Part shown: piece by piece, positions 24,667 through 37,214 of the stretch
How positions within the stretch are numbered: position 1 is the stretch's first letter
Layout of the letters: each line of letters starts with the position of its first letter
NCBI RefSeq assembly: GCF_006345805.1
Contig: NC_043003.1
Coordinates: forward strand, 1 to 64,000
Direction: 5' to 3'
Source of the DNA: Octopus sinensis
Lineage: Eukaryota
Length of the DNA: 64,000 bases
Notes under the pieces: model-generated
What the model saw: the letters and a program-made list of their open reading frames with translations, nothing else
The model's database searches: none
What the model was told of the DNA's origin: nothing
Translations under genes and position numbers: made by a program

Positions 24667-24743
24667 TATATATAGAAAAGAAGAAAAAGAAAATGGAGAT
24701 TGGGAAGTTAATAATTGTTTATTATTAACAGCAAATTAACCAT

Positions 24744-24941
24744 CATCCCTTCCAGTTGTTTCAATTAATACTCAGTAAATATTAAATTTGTTTGACCTGA
24801 GCATAATAACTTCAATGAATCCATAAGCACATATGAAATATCCAAAGGTATATTTTTTCCCTCTGAAGATATGCTGAGGTCATATAACTTTGATATTTAC
24901 TTAATATTTACTGAGTATTAATTGAAACAGCTGTTTCAATT
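24744..24941. ncRNA. inverted pair of partial hammerhead-like motifs
   Basis: + copy: ccct CTGAAGA (24863)..GAAA CAGCTG (24924); - copy at 24747-24805 supplies GAAACAACTG..AGGG, completing stem I ccct/aggg. Confidence 0.45.
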
Positions 24942-26543
24942 TCTTTTTGTCTCTCCTTCAAGCATCAATGATTTGGAGGATATACACGCACCATCCTACC
25001 AAATTTTAGAAACACACACAGACACATCTGTTTACACCACATATATATGTACACACACACACTCGCTCCATTCTGACCTCTAAAGACCAATCCCCCAAAT
25101 CATTGATGCTTGAAGGAGAGACAAAAAGAAATTGTTTTCAGTTCCACATTACTCTTCCTTCCCCCCACCCAAACACACCTACAGTGCCCATTGAAATAGA
25201 AAATAGTATTTTACGATAACATGGTGGACCAGGTCAGTTTGAGCTTCCCTACTACTATAATGTAAACTTTTTTGAACTCATAATATTCTGTGCGTGTATG
25301 TATATACAGATACAATATCAATATACTCTACTGAACTTTTTAATAATTCCTTCTGGAAACTATCTTTAACATTTTCTTGAGAATGTATATTTATGTTGTA
25401 ATCTTTTGTGTCCAATATTTTAAGGAACTTGTTAAACTTTTTTTATGTCCCTAACATGTTCTTGTTACCAAAGACTGTATATATGTATTGTAGTATTTTG
25501 TGACAACCAATAATTAACACAACCAAACTTTTACATGTTACTTTTGACAACTTTTTCTAAAAAGTGAAACCGGTAAAGTGAATAAACATCTTTTAAAATT
25601 GCATTTTCAAACCTTCTTTCATATATATACACACATAAATATCTATATATATGTATGTGTGTGTATGTGGGGGGGGGCATGTATTTGCGCACATATTTAT
25701 TTGTATATTTGTATGCGTGTCTATATGTGTGTATGTTTGTATTAATCTTATGTGTGCGTTTCGCAAGCTGAACTTTCGTTAGATACTTATAGGAACGCCA
25801 ATCATTTCACTCTCTCTACCACTATCTATTTCCCCCCTTCTCTCTCTAATTTTCTGTTTCTTTTTCGTTTATTTCCCCCCTTTTCTTTCTCCCCACCCCC
25901 AATTTATTATTCTCTGATGTTTTCCCTTTTCTTCCTTTCGCCTATAATAACTAAGTTGTATAAGCATACACCAGGAGGTGCGTGTGTGTGTGTGTGTGTG
26001 CATACACATATATGCATTTGTATATATTTGTATTGCCTATATATGTCTGTATATGTATGCAGCCATGTACCTACATCTGTATGTTTAGTGTATATATGTA
26101 CATTATAAATTGTTTGGTATGTGTATATATTGCTAAATGTACATGTATTTTAGCGTGAACATTTTTAAAACGGATATATCTTTTAATTTATAAATTTATT
26201 ATTATTTTTACAACTAATTATTTACCCGGGGTATTCAGGCCTTTTCCCTTGTTCATAAGCTATTTTTGATATAAAGGTTTCTTCGATTTTAAAAAATAAT
26301 AATATGATTTTAAACCGCAATTTGTTATTTCATGCAACTGGTTATTGAAAGGCCGTTAGTTGAAAGGACCAATGAAATAAAACCATTTTCAGATGTGTAT
26401 CTATCAAAATAATTGCATTTCTGCATATAACTTTATTTTGCTCCATTCTAAACAAAACTGTCAGTTTTTGTGATATTTTTGCTGCTTTTTAATAAAGTAT
26501 ATATATATATATATATTATTTCCCTCTGTTTAACTCTCACATC

Positions 26544-26591
26544 GTCTGTGATGATGAGATATCTTTTATATCCCTGAAACAGCTGTAAGAC
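26544..26591 (+). ncRNA. degenerate minimal hammerhead-like motif
   Basis: gtct gTGATGA, gatat/atatc hairpin, GAAA CAGCTG TA agac; the C3 position is mutated. Confidence 0.45.
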
Positions 26592-26677
26592 TATTCTTTT
26601 CTTTATAAAATGTCCTAGAAATTTCATACTACCTTGGCTTTGTTGTCTCATTTTATTTAACCTGTATATATATATAT

Positions 26678-26867
26678 ACGCCATGATAGATCGGTAGCCC
26701 CTACGCACATTTTTTCTCTCCTTGTTTTTTTCTGTGTCCCTTTCTGTAGAAGAGCGTAGGCTCGAAACGTAAAAGACTTTTTCAATTCCTGAGCGTTATA
26801 CTAATACATCTGTTTGTTTTGTACACCACCTGTCTTCGTCTTTTGTTTTTTCGTGAACTCCCCCCCA

Positions 26868-26929
<62 letters not shown>

Positions 26930-27068
26930 AGAATTCACACACATAAAAACGAAAGACGAATACATTTTGACGAATAACATTTTGAGCCTACGCTCTTCCA
27001 CAGAAAGGAACACAGGAAGAAACAAGGAGAGAAAATAAAGGTGTAGTAGCTAGCGATCTATCATGGCG
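26678..27068. repeat. inverted repeat pair around a (CT)n(AT)n microsatellite; probable Penelope pseudo-LTR
   Basis: cgccatgatagatcg.. / ..cgatctatcatggcg and gaagagcgtaggctc / gagcctacgctcttc; contains GAAGAGCGTAGGCTCGAAACGTA, a hammerhead-like remnant. Confidence 0.7.
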
Positions 27069-27100
27069 AATATATATACATATTATTGGAAAACCTATAT

Positions 27101-27193
27101 AAAATTAGCTGAAGATTACTCGGCATCTTAAATCTGGTGTAATATTTACAGCTTTTAATAAAATGTTGTAGTATGAAACAATTGTACTAAATT
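27101..27193 (+). ncRNA. minimal type-I hammerhead ribozyme-like motif, paralogue of 14652-14745
   Basis: ttag CTGAAGA (27109), stem II tact/agta, GAAA CAATTG TA ctaa. Confidence 0.6.
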
Positions 27194-27225
27194 ACCGGAT
27201 TCATTCTTGTTGCTTATTTTTGATT

Positions 27226-27242
27226 TGTGTGTGTGTATATAT

Positions 27243-27332
<90 letters not shown>

Positions 27333-27377
27333 ATAATATATATATATATATATACATACATATATATATATATATAT

Positions 27378-27429
<52 letters not shown>

Positions 27430-27480
27430 ATCTCTCTCTCTATGTATATCTATCTATCTATCTATCTGTCTGTATGTATC
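27226..27480. repeat. (AT)n microsatellite
   Basis: Direct observation. Confidence 0.95.
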
Positions 27481-27621
27481 AAATAAAACGTAAGATTAAA
27501 AAAAATGATGTAATGTGTGTCAGCATATATGCGTGCGCGATCACCAATTCTTTTGTTTTTGCATTAAATCACGATATAATCGTAATCTGCACAGTTTGAA
27601 AGATTGTTATTCGTTTAATGT

Positions 27622-28025
27622 TTTACTCGTTTCAGTCATTTGACTGCGGCCATGCTGGAGCACCGCCTTTAGTCGAGCAAATCGACCGGAGGACTTATTC
27701 TTTGTAAGCCTAGTACTTACTCTATCGATCTCTTTTTACCCAACCGCTAAGTTACGGGGACGTAAACACACCAGCATCGGTTGTCAAGCGATGGTGGGGG
27801 TACAAGCACACACTATAACATATGCATGCGCGCGCTCACACACACAAGCACACACATATATACGACGAGCTTCTTTCAGTTTCCGTCCACCAAATCCACT
27901 CACAAGGCTTTGGTCGGCCCGAGGCCATAGTAAAACACATGCGCAAGGTGCCACGCAGTGGGACTGTACCCAGAACCATGTGGTTGGTAAGCAAGCTACT
28001 TACCACACACCCACTCGTGCGCCTG
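27622..28025 (-). mobile_element. tRNA-derived SINE (family B)
   Basis: Homologous to 3243-3625. Confidence 0.82.
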
Positions 28026-28276
28026 TTGAAATTTTCTTTAAAGAGTGGCCATTTTTCAAAAAATGACGAGGAATCACAGTCGGTGAGACACACTTGTAGA
28101 GGTATACCCAGATAACTTCTTTCAATTTTCCTCTGCTTTCGACGCTGAATTATTGAAAAAAGAAACAAAAGCAAAAGTGGAAATTTTTCATTGGTAGTAC
28201 CTTCGTGACAAACATGTCGCAACCACCTAATATCTCTAGTTTTAACATTCAAAGCACTTTCCTATTTACAAATAGA

Positions 28277-29796
28277 CTACCTGTATATCCCGTCGTTGCC
28301 AGGTAATTTTCACACTAAAAGGCCTTGGTGGACTTTCGGAATAGCACCCTCACTTAAGTTGGATTTTCTCCGTATTGACGGGAAGTTTTCAATTCTTTCC
28401 CCCACCAAACCCTTACAAATGATGGGGAGAAGCTTTTTATGAAAAACAATTTTTTAAAATTGATAAATCTCCCCTTTCCCTACATTCCAGACTGATTTTG
28501 TCCATTTTTTTTTGTACGATTCTCATTACAATCAACACTTTATTTTGAAACAGAAAACGAAACGTAATTTAAAATCAATAGTAAAATTTTTTTAAAAATT
28601 CATCACACACCCCTCCCCCCTCCCCAAATCCTAAAATTTTGGGGTTTTTTCGAAATTTTTAAATCATAGTTTTAAAATACGGTCAGTCCGAATCTGCAAT
28701 TTTTTCTGTTGATAAGTTCAAAATAATTTTCAGACGAAAAGGCGTGTGATTTAAGGGAGATTTAGCTGTTGTTTCTTGCACATATCACGATCATATGGTA
28801 CCTTCCTCATTTCTTTGTCACGTGCCATGATGTTTTTAAATATCCGACCCCCCCCCATAAACACAGTTTATGGAATGATGATGTGGTCCATTGATGGGAT
28901 TTAAGCAACAAGAAAAATATTGTAACTTAAATTTTTAATCCCCCACCCCACATCGAACGAGTCCCTTTATATGTGTAAAAAAAACATATTTACTACAGAA
29001 AAGTATGCTATTAAATTAAATTATCTTTTACATATCTTCTTAAAATCACCGTCGCCATAATGAAATTCTATACACACATGCACACACATATTGACAAACA
29101 CACACACACACATAGAGACTCAGCGTGAGCTATATACTTTTAGAGGGAGGGAGAGAGAGAGAGAGGGGGGAGGGAGAGAGAGAATAGTAAATATATGTAG
29201 AGAGAGTTGAAACGCTTACCATCAGATCCCCCCCCTCCCGAAAAAAAAAATGAAAGCGATAAACAAATAGGAAGATCTTTTTTGTTGCTGTCACAGATTT
29301 TGAAATTTTAAAATTAAATGAAATATTTCACATTTAGTATGATGTCCTTTTTGATGCTGAATCAGAATTTGTGATTAATTTATTCCAGATAAATTTTAGA
29401 AAAATGCTACAGAGATTTAAAGTTTAATTATTTTAATCCAATCAGAAATTCGGAATTGTACCTGACAGCTGCCACGAAATGAAAGTAAACATTAGAAGAC
29501 GAAGTTTTAAACAAAATGAAAGCAATGTGAGAGAGATAGTTTATATAAACAGAGACGGGATAATTAATAATACAGAGAGGTAGAATGACGGTGATAGAGA
29601 GTGGGAAGTTGTCGATCTAAAAGTTAAGTTATTTCTCGCAGCAAACTATATTTTTTCTTATTACTTCCAGACAGCATTCTCTCTGGGATGCAGATTTCGA
29701 AAATGAAATTCGTTTTTCTCGGGTATGCATGGTTTCAGATCCTTTCGGGGTTAAACACACATACATAACCGCATACACTTTCATTTATATAGAAGA
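28277..29796 (-). mobile_element. putative older non-autonomous Helitron
   Basis: - strand begins TCTTCTATATAAATG and ends CCTGGCAACGACGGG..GTAG|T, resembling the termini of the 12497 family. Confidence 0.5.
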
Positions 29797-29797
29797 A

Positions 29798-30193
29798 CTA
29801 GCAGTGTCGCCCGGCGTTGCTCGGGTTTGTAAGGGAAATAACTATATAAGCATTTTTAGAGTTATAGCCAAAAAGTAGCAAAAAAAATGCATTAAAAATG
29901 GAAAAAAAATGATGGTAAATTTTTTTTTAAATCGTTGACTCATCGTAGACATTTTTAGAGAGTTACTTCCCTTATATAATAGCGAAAAAATGCATTAAAA
30001 TGGAAAAAATGATGGTAAATTTTTTTTTAAATCGTAGACTCATCGTAGACGCGCGCTAATACCCAGAAGGGCTCGATATGAATCACGACTATAAGATACC
30101 CGGTTTTGGTTAAACTGCACCGCAAAATGTGGGAGTAGTTAGGAATCTAAATCGTAGGAGACAGACACACAACCTTACTTTTATATATAAAGA
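29798..30193 (-). mobile_element. non-autonomous Helitron monomer (same family as 12497-13915)
   Basis: Near-identical to the array units; TC...CTAG termini. Confidence 0.88.
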
Positions 30194-31354
30194 AGATACA
30201 AAAATGGCTCCCTATCTTTCACGTTCGATTTATTAGGGCGACAGCATGATGTAAAAAAGACATGTAAAACTTATTTCTCTTTAGATGTGGCGTTTTTCAA
30301 GCATTTCTTTGTATACACAGTTACAATTTATCTTTTATTCAGCAACAGTATTCAACGTTAGAACCAGTACTTAACTTTACTGTATAATAATTATACTGTA
30401 GAATAAAATAATTGTTTTAATGGTACCTATTTTATCGACTGCGAAAGGATGAAAGGCAAAGTCGACCTTGGCGGAATTTGAATCAAAGCGTAAAGCCGAA
30501 AAAAATGTTGCTAAGCATTTTGTCCGACGTGCCATCTCGCCGCATTTTCTTCCCTTGTAAAATACCTTTCTGAAACCTAGAGATAACAGCTAAATTAATT
30601 TTGAAATGTCTTTGATCATGAAAGTCTGGCAGATAAATTCTAGCAGCCATTCTTCATTATTAGCGCCGTTGTATGTGGATTTCTTTTAGTTATTGCAGTG
30701 AATTTATAACCAATTTGTTGTGTGATAAAATGTGAGGTTGACGTTGCAATTGTAGCGTGCTAGAAATGGCAGCTTCCCGTTTGATAGACAAACAGGAAGC
30801 TGTGTTAGTTTCATTAAATTCGTTTAGTTTAATTCTCTTACAACAAATTTTACATTATAACAACACAAACATTCATGAAATAATTGGCGAAATAAAATTA
30901 GATGGAATTGGCGGAGTTCGTTCGGGTCGAAGGACGTACTAAAACCTCTCGTAACTTTTTCATTTTCACGAAATTCCGCAAATTTTTTGCGATTCTGTCT
31001 TTATTGAGACATGAATTTGTTTATTCATGTCTGAATAAAGTATAACCCAACATCTCCCGCGTCGGTATTCTTTCGTTACAAACAGCATTAAGAATACCCG
31101 CGTGGTATTCCGCTTGTTTTGAAAACATTCATTTTGACCCAGTTTTTATTATGCTTGTTGCAAGTCGATCTTTAAACCCGGCGCTGTTGGATTCAACGAT
31201 GAGGTTGTCGGACTAACAATTTCTCTGATGGTACAACCGTTTTCATAGTATTCGCCAACAAATAATTTCATGGCGGAATTCTGCTTTACGCATCCCATAT
31301 AACCTCTCATAACTTTTTGATATTTTGGAATTTTCAGAAAATTCTTATGAATTT

Positions 31355-31660
31355 GTAGGATCTTTTCCTTTTGAACGGCACTTTGTAACATAATTTCTAG
31401 TTAACTAAACACTTTTAAACTTCGTATACTGGTAGAATGTGTTTATAAAAAATCATTTTTTCTTGGCTTTATTGAGAAAATTCTATAGGTTGTAAGATAT
31501 TTCGTCTTTAATTTCGAACATTTCGGCAATTTTAACCAATCGCTGGAGTCCATTTAGGTGAACAACATTCCGTGCTGTATGAATATGTCCCTCCTTTAAG
31601 AAATAGATTGGGTTTATTTACATTTGTGAAGAAAAAAAGATACCCTTCCCCAACCCCTAA
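31355..31660. repeat. unclassified dispersed repeat, second copy at ~35480-35790
   Basis: Shared ttctagttaactaaacacttttaaacttcgtatactggtagaatgtg...ccctaa block. Confidence 0.7.
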
Positions 31661-32689
31661 ACAAAACAAAAACTTTTGGTGCGTGATTTAAGGCCATTTT
31701 AGGTATTATTTTAAGCATATCTCACGACCATCTCATGTGTTTTAAGTATTTAATAAGTGAAAAATGTCCATATTGGTAAGCACTTTGGTAACAGCTTGGA
31801 AACAGGCACCTATATGTCGGTAGCATTCGATTGGCTAAAATTACCCAAAAGTTACAAAATTATTTATTTATTTATGGCAAAAATGAATTTCATGTCAATG
31901 ATTACCATACAAAACTACATCAACACACCAAATATGCAATCAATTGGAACAAAAATTGAAGAAATTGAGAAGTGGCAACCGAGCAGAACAGATGTGAGAT
32001 AGCAGCTAAATCATTTTTGAAATGCCTTTGATCATAAAAGTCTGGTATATAAATGCTGACCAGTAAGCATCCATCGGTCTCGAGGAACCATGGATCTGCA
32101 TCTGAAAAATTGTGTCAGCTGTTGATGGTGGTGCAGGCTCTGCTGTGATTGTGGAGGCCCACACGGGTAGTAATAACCAACAACAACTAGATTCAATGCA
32201 ATGATATGTTAATTCCAAATTTCATGAAAAGTGTGTTTCTTTACTACAAGTAAACGTAAAGATGGGGATTTATCTATTTCAATAATATCAACTGCACTTT
32301 CCCACCACTTGATAACCGGTGTTAGCTTGCTTACGTCCTCATAACTTATCAGTGTGGCGAAACAGTCCATAGAATAAGTACAAGATTTAAAAGGAAAAAG
32401 AAGTATTGGGATTCAAAGTGATGCCCCAGTATGGTCATAGGCTAGTGAGTGAAGCAAAAAATTAATTAACCACAAAATCGTGTAATGACGAGGAATATCC
32501 CCATTTTTAAAATGTTGGTGCGCGCGCATGCGTACACACGCTTTATTCCCGGTTCAGCCTGATCCCGTTGATCTCTGATTAAAGCCATTCTAAGCTCTAT
32601 TTTTGCTTAATTTTTCATGCAGAATGTTCTGTATTACATTTTCTAAAATAATAAATCTCTGAACGAGGTATAAACAGTAACTGCACGAC

Positions 32690-32840
32690 AATGTGAGGTA
32701 TACTTGCCATCTCAATATGGCTAAGGGTTAGGGTTAGGGTTACAGTAACGCCCACCCTTAGTGGTGATTCTTTATTACCCACTAGGGGCAACCCACCCTT
32801 AGTGGTTAGCCATATTGAGATGGCAAATATACCTCACATT
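32690..32840. mobile_element. MITE-like element with 35-bp TIRs and internal (GGGTTA)3
   Basis: aatgtgaggtatacttgccatctcaatatggctaa / ttagccatattgagatggcaaatatacctcacatt. Confidence 0.75.
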
Positions 32841-33388
32841 TTCTAAAATATTTTTAAAAAAAGAAAAAAATGGTAGGGTGAGTATCAGGTCTTTTTCGAG
32901 TCACATCTCTCTTATGAGAGACAGCCACATTTGGAACGTTTTTAAGAAAGACGGAATGAACGTTGTTACATTAAAGTTAAACCCAAATGACCACGGGGAG
33001 CCCAATTAGGAGATGCACACTTCGCGTGTCCGCGCGATAACAAATATGTGCGCTTGCGCATCACAAATCCACGCATGCGTAAAACTCAGACCGGTTATTT
33101 TCAATTTTGAAAATTTTTACCTTTTCGGTGCCTGAACAATAAAATATACAAAAACAAGAGGAAAAGAAAGAAAAGAAATTACTAATTACATAAAAAAAGT
33201 TTGAATAAAAGTTCTTTCACACAAACAATAGTTTAGATTAAATAAAATTAAAAACGTCTTTAAGGGAGATAATCTTTGTCTCTGCAGATGGCGCTGCTGT
33301 AATTGTTGCTAGCTCTGAAGAAAAAATTTCCTTTGTTGCACGCTTTCGTATAAAAATAAGCGGAGCGAAACCATTGGAAGCGACCGAA

Positions 33389-33434
33389 ATGACATCATTT
33401 GCAACATTTTCCGAGTCTGATGAAGTAGGCAAAG
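33389..33434 (+). CDS. candidate first coding exon of the SETDB1-like gene (MTSFATFSESDEVGK)
   Basis: ATG plus 15 codons and one G, donor AG|GTAGTG; the phase-1 end matches the phase-1 acceptor at 41892. Donor is weak. Confidence 0.3.
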
Positions 33435-35958
33435 GTAGTGTAGTATTATTGGCTTCTTTCCCACCATAGAATTATATGTAAAATATCGATATATTCTGAA
33501 TAGTCGAGTAACACGCTTCATTCCGACCTCCCGACGGCAACTTTGACTCGCCCTCCTTATAAACCCTGTTTTGTTCTTACATTTCCACGTTTTCCCCTTT
33601 TTCCAGCAAATATACCTTTAGAGAATCTGAAATATTGTTTGTATTTGAACTGATTTTTATTTTTATTTAGCGTAGGTGCAAGAAAACTAAATAATAGTTC
33701 CATTCACCCTGGTAAATATTTAACTGCAAATTCTATCTCTCCCTTTCATAAATAGCTTTGTATGTTCTGTTTGTGTACATTCCTCGTTAATGTCCGAATG
33801 CGATAGAATGGAAGGAGACTTTCTGTATAGTCACGGTGTGTGTAGAGCGTGCTGCCTGATTTCCTTCACATTACATCCTACGTTCTCAAGCATACTTCGG
33901 ATAACAGAGACCGATGTACCTAGGGACGAAGACGCGATAGTCATGGTTGGGATGTCATAGACCAAGGCTCAATCATCAACGATTGCTTGATCAGAACAAC
34001 TGACAAACTTTGATTCGATTTACAAAACTAATTATCGGGGCGATATGTTATTCTTGATTACAATACATAATAATATCATTTACAGGTTCAAAGTGGAGAG
34101 CTGGCAGAATCGTTAGCACGCCGGACTAAATACTTAGCGTCTTTTCGTTCGTCTTGAAGTCCTGAGTTCAAATTCCGCCACGGTCGACTTTGTCTTTCAT
34201 TCTTTTGCGGTCAATAAAATAAGTACCAGTCAAGCACTACTGTCAGTGTCATCGACTTCGCCCTCCCCCAAATTGCTGGCCTTGTGCTAAAATTCGAAGC
34301 CAATATTAATTACTGGTAAACAGAAAGTTACAGAGGCGGGACATGTGTTTCTTGTATATCTTTTGGTAATGTTAAACTTGGTCAATTTTTCTCTTTTCTT
34401 GACACAAAATTCCCTTGAAGTTCGGTGTAAACAGTATTTTGCATGTTCCTCCTTGTTTTTTTGTTAACGAATGGAATAATTATTTCAATGCCTTTTTTTT
34501 TCTATTTATAAATTTTTGAATATTTTTGTAGGAGGAATTGGTTTCAGTGTGCTTCTCTAAGTGTATTGAATTTCAAGAGCGAAGTTTCGTAAAATGAATA
34601 TCAAACGTAACTTCTAATTACCAAAGGGCATTTTTCGATGATTTGCAATATTACTATTTACAACAGGAAGTACATAACGTCGTTAACGATTGATAGTTTC
34701 TATAAATATTGGGTATTTATCGTCCGAAACTCTACGATTATAAATTTTGTAAGGTTCTTTAAGCTCTGTACGAATTGATGTCGCCCAACATGGTGTGTGT
34801 GGTTTGGTGAAGTGGACACTTTGAACAGATGATTCCACAAGTGAGCCCTCCTTCTATGTGAATGTATTTCATTAGATCAATCTCTGCAGTTTGAAATAAA
34901 ATAGTGAGCTGTCTAATTTTGTGTTTGACCAGTTTGCATTCAATATGTGCATGCAGATGAGATTTAGTCGACTTAGTGGAGGTAGAATGTGAATGTTGTC
35001 GCTGATGCTTTCCTGATGATAGAAAGATCTAAGATCCAGAACAAATAAGAGAACATTTTATTAGGCATAAACAAAACGCTTTAAATATTTGATATATTAG
35101 GATTGTGGCAAAATGGCTGAAGGTAGTCAGCTACTTGTTCTGAAACACGGGTTCAAACTCGCTACAGGTTATTTTGTTGCGCTCTGTGTATGAAATAGTT
35201 TATCATTCCGTGTTTAATATTACCTAAAGCCATCCACCTGTCAGGAATTTGTATCACTATCAACTGGACGGGTTAAATGTGTTGTGAAATGTGAAATTTC
35301 TCCTACATGTATATGTGTGTGTGTGTAGCCTCGGTGCGCATGCGTGGACTCGAGAGTCAACTGTTAGAGACAACAGGCATGGAAGCTGACTCGAATCACT
35401 GACTAAAACTTTTTGGAAGTATTTCTTTGTTTTCTCAACAGTCTATTTAGTCATTCCCACGACACTTTTCAGTGAATTCCTGGGATCTTTTGTTTTTGAA
35501 CGGCATTTTTCAACACAATTTCTAGTTAACTAAACACTTTTAAACTTCGTATACTGGTAGAATGTGTTTATAAAACATCATTTTTTTCTTGGCTTTATTG
35601 CGAAAATTCTATATGTTGTAACATATTTCGTCTTTAATTTTGAGCATTTCGGCAATTTTAACCAATCGCTGACCTCTCTTTAGGTAAATAACATTCTGTG
35701 CATAATGAATATGTCCCTCCTTTAAGAAACAGATTGGGTTTATTTACATTTGTGAAGAAAGAAAGATACCCTTCCCCTAACCCTAAATCTAAAATAGATT
35801 GAAATGCAATAAATCGATACTAGGGTTATAATTATGGGTGACAATTTCATACGACACCACTACGGAAAATGGGATTTTTTTCTAGCGGTGTCAAATAAAA
35901 ATCCGGTGGTGTTGGAGGGCTTTATATTTTTTCATAGCTCCCATGGTTACCAAGATAA

Positions 35959-36344
35959 TCTACTATAATAATACTCTTGGGGTGATGTTAGACTTGGTAG
36001 TAGGATGATGAAAATTGTACGCTGAAAAAATAAATCAAACAGCGTTTCAACTCCGTGAATAAATGTGTGCGTATATAAAAGGTGTGGGTGCATGCGCAAT
36101 GGAAGTGGGATGGTTCATCTTTGTTCGCTTAGTATTTGGGTTTATATTTTGATTTGGTTGAATCTTGGTTAGTTTAAAAATTTTTTTTGTTGGTCAGTTA
36201 TTTTTAGTGTTTTGACAGAAAAAAGTCATTCTAAAATTGTTTTTTTTAACGTAAGCGTGCCCAAACAAGTTGAATGCTTACACAGAGCAGGTTTTAAAGC
36301 CACATTATCCAAACCGACCGGGTGAAACCAGGCTTAGCTGCTAG
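35959..36344 (+). mobile_element. putative non-autonomous Helitron
   Basis: A|TCTACTATAATAA ... CCGGGTGAAACCAGG hairpin .. CTAG|T. Confidence 0.6.
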
Positions 36345-36559
36345 TTATTAATAAACTATGCAGTTTATTAATAATTTATCTCCTTTTGTTATTGACTATT
36401 TAAAAAGAAAATGTTGACTTGGTGGTAAGAACTTTGCTCTCCAGATGCTCTACATCTGCGAACCTGTTGCCATGTCCTATGTAACGTCTTTGTAGATTGT
36501 ATTAAAAAAACTGAAGTAACTTTATGTTAAACTAAAAATAATTTTGCTTGTTATGTTGA

Positions 36560-37053
36560 GAAGACCCATCAAGCCAAGTAAAATCACAGTTGTAGCAAAT
36601 ACTGGTGTCATGCAAATGGCACCTGTGCTTGTGGCACATAAGAGCACCCATTACACTCTCAGAATGGTTGGCATATGGAAGGGCATCCAGTCATAGAAAC
36701 CATGCCAAATCAGACAGGAGTCTGGTGTAGCCTTCCAGCTTGCCTGCCCTGGTCAAACTATCCAACCCATGCCAGCATGGACAATGGACGTTAAATGATG
36801 ATGATCCCTGACTGGCTCCCGTGCTGGTGGCATGTAAAAAGCATTATCCGAACGTGATCAATGCCAGGACCACCTGACTGGCTCCCATGCTGGTGGCATG
36901 TAAAAAGCACCCACTGTACTCTTGGAGTGGTTGGCATTAGGAAGAAACATTACCAGATCAGATTGGAGCCCGGTGCAACTGCTGGCTTTCCAGATCTCAG
37001 TTAAACCGTCCAACCCATGCCAGCATGGACAACGGACATTAAATGATGATGAT
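36560..37053 (+). mobile_element. two tandem RTE 3'-tail fragments
   Basis: Both end ccaacccatgccagcatggac..ttaaatgatgatgat. Confidence 0.75.
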
Positions 37054-37214
37054 GTATTGGCAACTCACAAGTAACCTAAATTAGTCTACCAATAGCCTCT
37101 AGTCATGTCATGTGACATTTAAGCTGAAGTTATTTTGAAGCAGTATCAGCTCCTGAAGAGTGTGAAGTAGGCATAGAAGATGCCCTTATTGCAGTTTCTT
37201 TACAACAGAATGCT

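Larger units (their letters stand above)
32515..33440 (+). promoter_or_regulatory. CpG-rich putative promoter/first-exon region of the SETDB1-like gene
   Basis: NRF1-like GCGCATGCGT (32524), TGCGCTTGCGCA (33049), ACGCATGCGT (33070); CAGATGGCGC (YY1/CTCF-like) at 33286; CpG depletion increases downstream. Confidence 0.5.
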
